NCBI RefSeq assembly: GCF_008000775.2
Contig: NZ_CP042905.2
Coordinates: 2,880,001-2,912,000, forward strand
Origin: Promethearchaeum syntrophicum
GTDB lineage: Archaea > Asgardarchaeota > Lokiarchaeia > Sigyniarchaeales > Promethearchaeaceae
DNA length: 32,000 nucleotides
Reading direction: 5' to 3'
The position numbers and the translations under genes were made by a program. Below, piece after piece: positions 28,861-32,000 of the stretch (positions are counted from its first letter, which is position 1; each line of letters begins with the position of its first letter). Below the pieces are notes generated by a model, which saw nothing but the letters and a program-made list of their open reading frames with translations, was not told where the DNA came from and did not search any database.

Positions 28861-30939
28861 CTAAACCAAATCCGCCATTATTTCTGATAAAATTTTCTTT
28901 CGTAAGAATTCAAGGAAACCTTTATCGATTTCGGCTATAGTTTTTAATGTTCTAGTTTGTTCTTCAAAAATGTTCTTCACTTTTTGACGATCATAGAAAA
29001 AAGGTATTAAGTTTTTTGTAAAAACTAAACAAAGTAAAGTATATGATTGTTGATGAGTTCTTTTCTGAATTTGAGAGGGATCATCGATAATCAAGGTATA
29101 TATAATAGATCTGAGCTTTTTATCACCAAACGGTAAAGGTCCAAACAATCCTTCGTGATATTGAATACCTTGCCCAAGAGCGATTGAATAAAGACTTCCA
29201 ATCATTAAAATATTTTTATTCCAAGCCATATCGTTTGTTTTTACGTTTTCTTTTTCTAGTATAACAGGACCTAGATTCTCATCAATTTTAAATGAAACAA
29301 AAAAGGTGTCTGCTAAATCCTCCTCAGAAATCACACTTTCAACGTAAGATGCAGTGGTTGCTTTTAATTCTTCTAAAGCATAACTGAGAATTATATGATT
29401 TAGTTGAGATTTTGGAGAATTAGATGATTTTTTTGCACTAATAACCAATAATTTCTCTTGGACATTTCTAGATTTAAAATCCATTTCATGGGATTGGGCA
29501 AGTTGAATAGCTTCAGTCAGGGTTTTTTCGGCATTTTCTTGTTCATCTTGAGATGAATAAAGTAATCCTCGAATTATAAGGGCATTAATATAATTTGGGA
29601 TCAATTTTTTCTCTTTAGCTAATTCCATTGCTTCAGATATAAAAGATATTGCATCGTTATAATTCTGAAAATCAGTTGAATTATGTAGATAATTTACCAA
29701 AAAAGTTTGTGCTAAGAGCATTTTACACGTAAATTGAAATATAATATGATTTATTTTCACAGAATGCCATAGTGCCTCATTTAAAGACATTTCTGCTTCA
29801 TTAAAATCCAGTTTATTCAAACATATCCGACCCCGTTGAATTAGCACTTGTGCATGCCCAATTTCTGAATTTCTTTCTCGTGATAAACGATCCGCTTGCT
29901 TTAAGTATTTATAAGCTTCATCAGTTTGACCCATCCCTTCGTGTATTTCTGTAAGCAAAGTTAAAATTTCTATCTCTGCATCGCTTGCCCCTGTTTTATT
30001 AACTAATTCTAGTGCTTCTCTTATAGTTTTTTTGGCTTTTTGAAATTGACCCTGTACTAACCAATAATTTGCTAGAGTTTGTAAAGCTAATATTTTTCCT
30101 TGAGGATCATAAAAATCTTCATATATTTCAAAAGCGGAGTTCAACATCTGATATGCTTTTTTTAATTCACCCAGATCAATCCAATAATTTGCATAACTTA
30201 CACTCATGGATGCAATATTTGCTACATAATTCAATTTTTTCGCTAATTCTAACCCTTCTTCTAAATGTTTGAAACCTGTGGTATATTCACCCATAAGCCT
30301 CAGTGCATCAGATATGTTACTTTGAAAAGAACATACTCCCCGATAAAAATTCAATTTTTTCGCTTTTTCAATACTTAATCTTGAAAATTTGACAGATTTT
30401 TCCATTTCTCCTCTTAATAAATAAATTAAAGCACTATTTCCAAGAGCCATTGTATACATTATGGTTTCCTTATTCTTGGTAAGTCTCATTGTATTCTTGT
30501 AACGTTCCAAACTTTTAACAAATTCACCCTTTGCAAAATAAAGGCTTCCAAGACAGTTGTTAGCTTGAGCTTCTTTTTCAGGTAAAGATAATTTCTTAAA
30601 AATCTCTATTGCTTGCGTACAATTCGAAATTCCTTCACCTAAATTGCTTGAATAAATATTACAAATTCCTTTTCCAAGCATTGCCTCAGCGATTTCTCTT
30701 TGAAAATTATGGACACTGGCTTTTTTCAAAACTTCCTCATAAAGTTTAAGAGATTCATTGATTTTAGTTTGTGAAAAAAGTGAATATGCAAGAGAAATTT
30801 TGATTTGAAGATCTTCTCGATTACTGTTATCCTTTGCTAGAAGCTCACGTAAAGTGATTTCACTTTGTTGTGGATTGCTGACTACTAATTCCCTTGCTTT
30901 TTCCAATTCAATTGAGAGTTTCTTTTGTTTTTCTGGCAA
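28861..30939 (-). CDS. TPR-repeat protein with C-terminal longin/roadblock-like domain
   Basis: 692 aa with many 34-aa-type TPR units (e.g. AQVLIQRGRICLNKLDFNEAEMSLNEAL), then non-TPR tail DTFFVSFKIDENLGPVILEKENV...SIIYTLIIDDPSQ...YTLLCLVFTKNLIPFFYDRQKVKNIFEEQTRTL. Confidence 0.75.
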   Translation of the reverse strand: MPEKQKKLSIELEKARELVVSNPQQSEITLRELLAKDNSNREDLQIKISLAYSLFSQTKINESLKLYEEVLKKASVHNFQREIAEAMLGKGICNIYSSNLGEGISNCTQAIEIFKKLSLPEKEAQANNCLGSLYFAKGEFVKSLERYKNTMRLTKNKETIMYTMALGNSALIYLLRGEMEKSVKFSRLSIEKAKKLNFYRGVCSFQSNISDALRLMGEYTTGFKHLEEGLELAKKLNYVANIASMSVSYANYWIDLGELKKAYQMLNSAFEIYEDFYDPQGKILALQTLANYWLVQGQFQKAKKTIREALELVNKTGASDAEIEILTLLTEIHEGMGQTDEAYKYLKQADRLSRERNSEIGHAQVLIQRGRICLNKLDFNEAEMSLNEALWHSVKINHIIFQFTCKMLLAQTFLVNYLHNSTDFQNYNDAISFISEAMELAKEKKLIPNYINALIIRGLLYSSQDEQENAEKTLTEAIQLAQSHEMDFKSRNVQEKLLVISAKKSSNSPKSQLNHIILSYALEELKATTASYVESVISEEDLADTFFVSFKIDENLGPVILEKENVKTNDMAWNKNILMIGSLYSIALGQGIQYHEGLFGPLPFGDKKLRSIIYTLIIDDPSQIQKRTHQQSYTLLCLVFTKNLIPFFYDRQKVKNIFEEQTRTLKTIAEIDKGFLEFLRKKILSEIMADLV

Positions 30940-31255
30940 AATGAACCTACCTAGTGTGGTTTAAGGGGGAGAATCCTTTCAAAGAGAAAGTTGTAATTTC
31001 TCTCAAAATATTCAGTTTTGATTTATTCGTGAATATCATAAAGAGAATTATAGAACAATCAATGCTATTATCGTAATCAAACCTAAAAATTCTACTTTTT
31101 GAAATGAAATTAAGTGGTTTCAAATAATCTGGAAAGTTTTAAACCTAAAACAACACATTGTGAAATTGGCCGAAAATAATCCTTCACTAACATTCGTAAA
31201 TATATTTAAAAAATCTCTTTAATTTTAGTCATGCGTAGAGAATTTGATGTAAACC

Positions 31256-32000
31256 TTAAAGAAAAGCAATTAATAATGCTATGATTGTAATTAAACTTAA
31301 AAATCCTAAACCCAAATAAGAAAACAGGAAGTTCTTAAAATATTTTATTTTGAACTCTATGGCTTCATAAGGGCATAATTCAGCACAGCAATAACATGAA
31401 ATGCATTTTTCTTTATCCCAAATTGGAATAAATTCTCCAATTTTTAATTTCTCAGGAGATGCTAAAGCATCCACTGGACAATTTTTCCAGCAAGTCCCAC
31501 ATAATTGACATTTTTCAACATCTATCTTAATTGTTGATTTGAAAATTTTATCACCAATATATTCAGCTATTTGTCGAGGTAATCGAAGACTAATTGGCAT
31601 AACTCTAGGAAGTTTGAAAGGACGGAAAACAGATTCAATGGTTTGACCTACAATTTTAAATTCATCTAAATCTGAACTCCCAATTCCTTTGGCTACTCCC
31701 TTTTTAATATATTTAACTTTAGCTGGATCTAATCCTATAATTTTACAAACTAAAGTATCCATAGCGACTCCATCATATCCTGCAACAATGATTTTCAAAT
31801 CGTCTACTACATCACCTGCACCAGGCCCATTTCCTTCCATAGCCAAAAATCCATCAATAACAGTTAATTGAGGTTTTGAAACGGAATAAATATCCACTAA
31901 AGCAGAGGCAAATTGGTCAATTGCCGGAAACCGAGCATGTTTTTCTGCCTTTTTAGTCAATATTATTGTTCCAAACATATTTTTAATACAGCAAGTAAGA
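31256..32000 (-). CDS. DUF362 / 4Fe-4S ferredoxin protein, partial (N-terminus beyond right edge), C-terminal TM anchor
   Basis: CQLCGTCWKNCP and CISCYCCAELCP clusters; LTVIDGFLAMEGNGPGAGDVV DUF362 motif; the frame upstream of ATG 31978 stays open to the edge (LTCCIKN-MFGTI...), so 31978 is probably not the start. Confidence 0.85.
   Translation of the reverse strand, partial: LTCCIKNMFGTIILTKKAEKHARFPAIDQFASALVDIYSVSKPQLTVIDGFLAMEGNGPGAGDVVDDLKIIVAGYDGVAMDTLVCKIIGLDPAKVKYIKKGVAKGIGSSDLDEFKIVGQTIESVFRPFKLPRVMPISLRLPRQIAEYIGDKIFKSTIKIDVEKCQLCGTCWKNCPVDALASPEKLKIGEFIPIWDKEKCISCYCCAELCPYEAIEFKIKYFKNFLFSYLGLGFLSLITIIALLIAFL

Noticed and set aside
1-32000. Defence island or biosynthetic gene cluster
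   Set aside because: No nuclease/helicase/methyltransferase arrays, CRISPR repeats, or core biosynthetic enzymes arranged as a cluster; gene content is mostly scattered housekeeping and metabolic functions.

Overview
AT-rich 32 kb window that reads as a chromosomal fragment of an archaeon, plausibly an Asgard-type lineage (inference only; no taxonomic marker was searched). It carries about 24 supportable protein-coding genes plus one tRNA-Ala(GGC) with the G3:U70 identity pair. CDSs are partial at both edges: an MFS transporter on the left and a DUF362/ferredoxin protein on the right. Most genes are ordinary: MFS transporters, GNATs, alpha/beta hydrolase, MBL hydrolase, Dus, histidine phosphatase, alcohol dehydrogenase, CGGC and GyrI-like proteins. 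The strongest candidates for a second look are: (1) a same-strand pair, a TPR protein with a C-terminal longin/roadblock-like tail and a Rag/Gtr-like small GTPase with an N-terminal extension (27902-30939); (2) a membrane-anchored protein with a four-CxxC, FYVE-like zinc cluster (11644-12789); (3) a radical SAM-HhH protein followed by a divergent DUF4130-like partner, a putative DNA repair/modification module (23166-25207); (4) a serine-palmitoyltransferase-like AOS-family enzyme (1282-2466); (5) a 2TM/PadR operon divergent from a large membrane protein; (6) an odd protein with two PIN-like parts; (7) a bactofilin-like protein. Several decayed coding remnants are visible between genes. No CRISPR array, rRNA, intact transposase or obvious defence island was seen.
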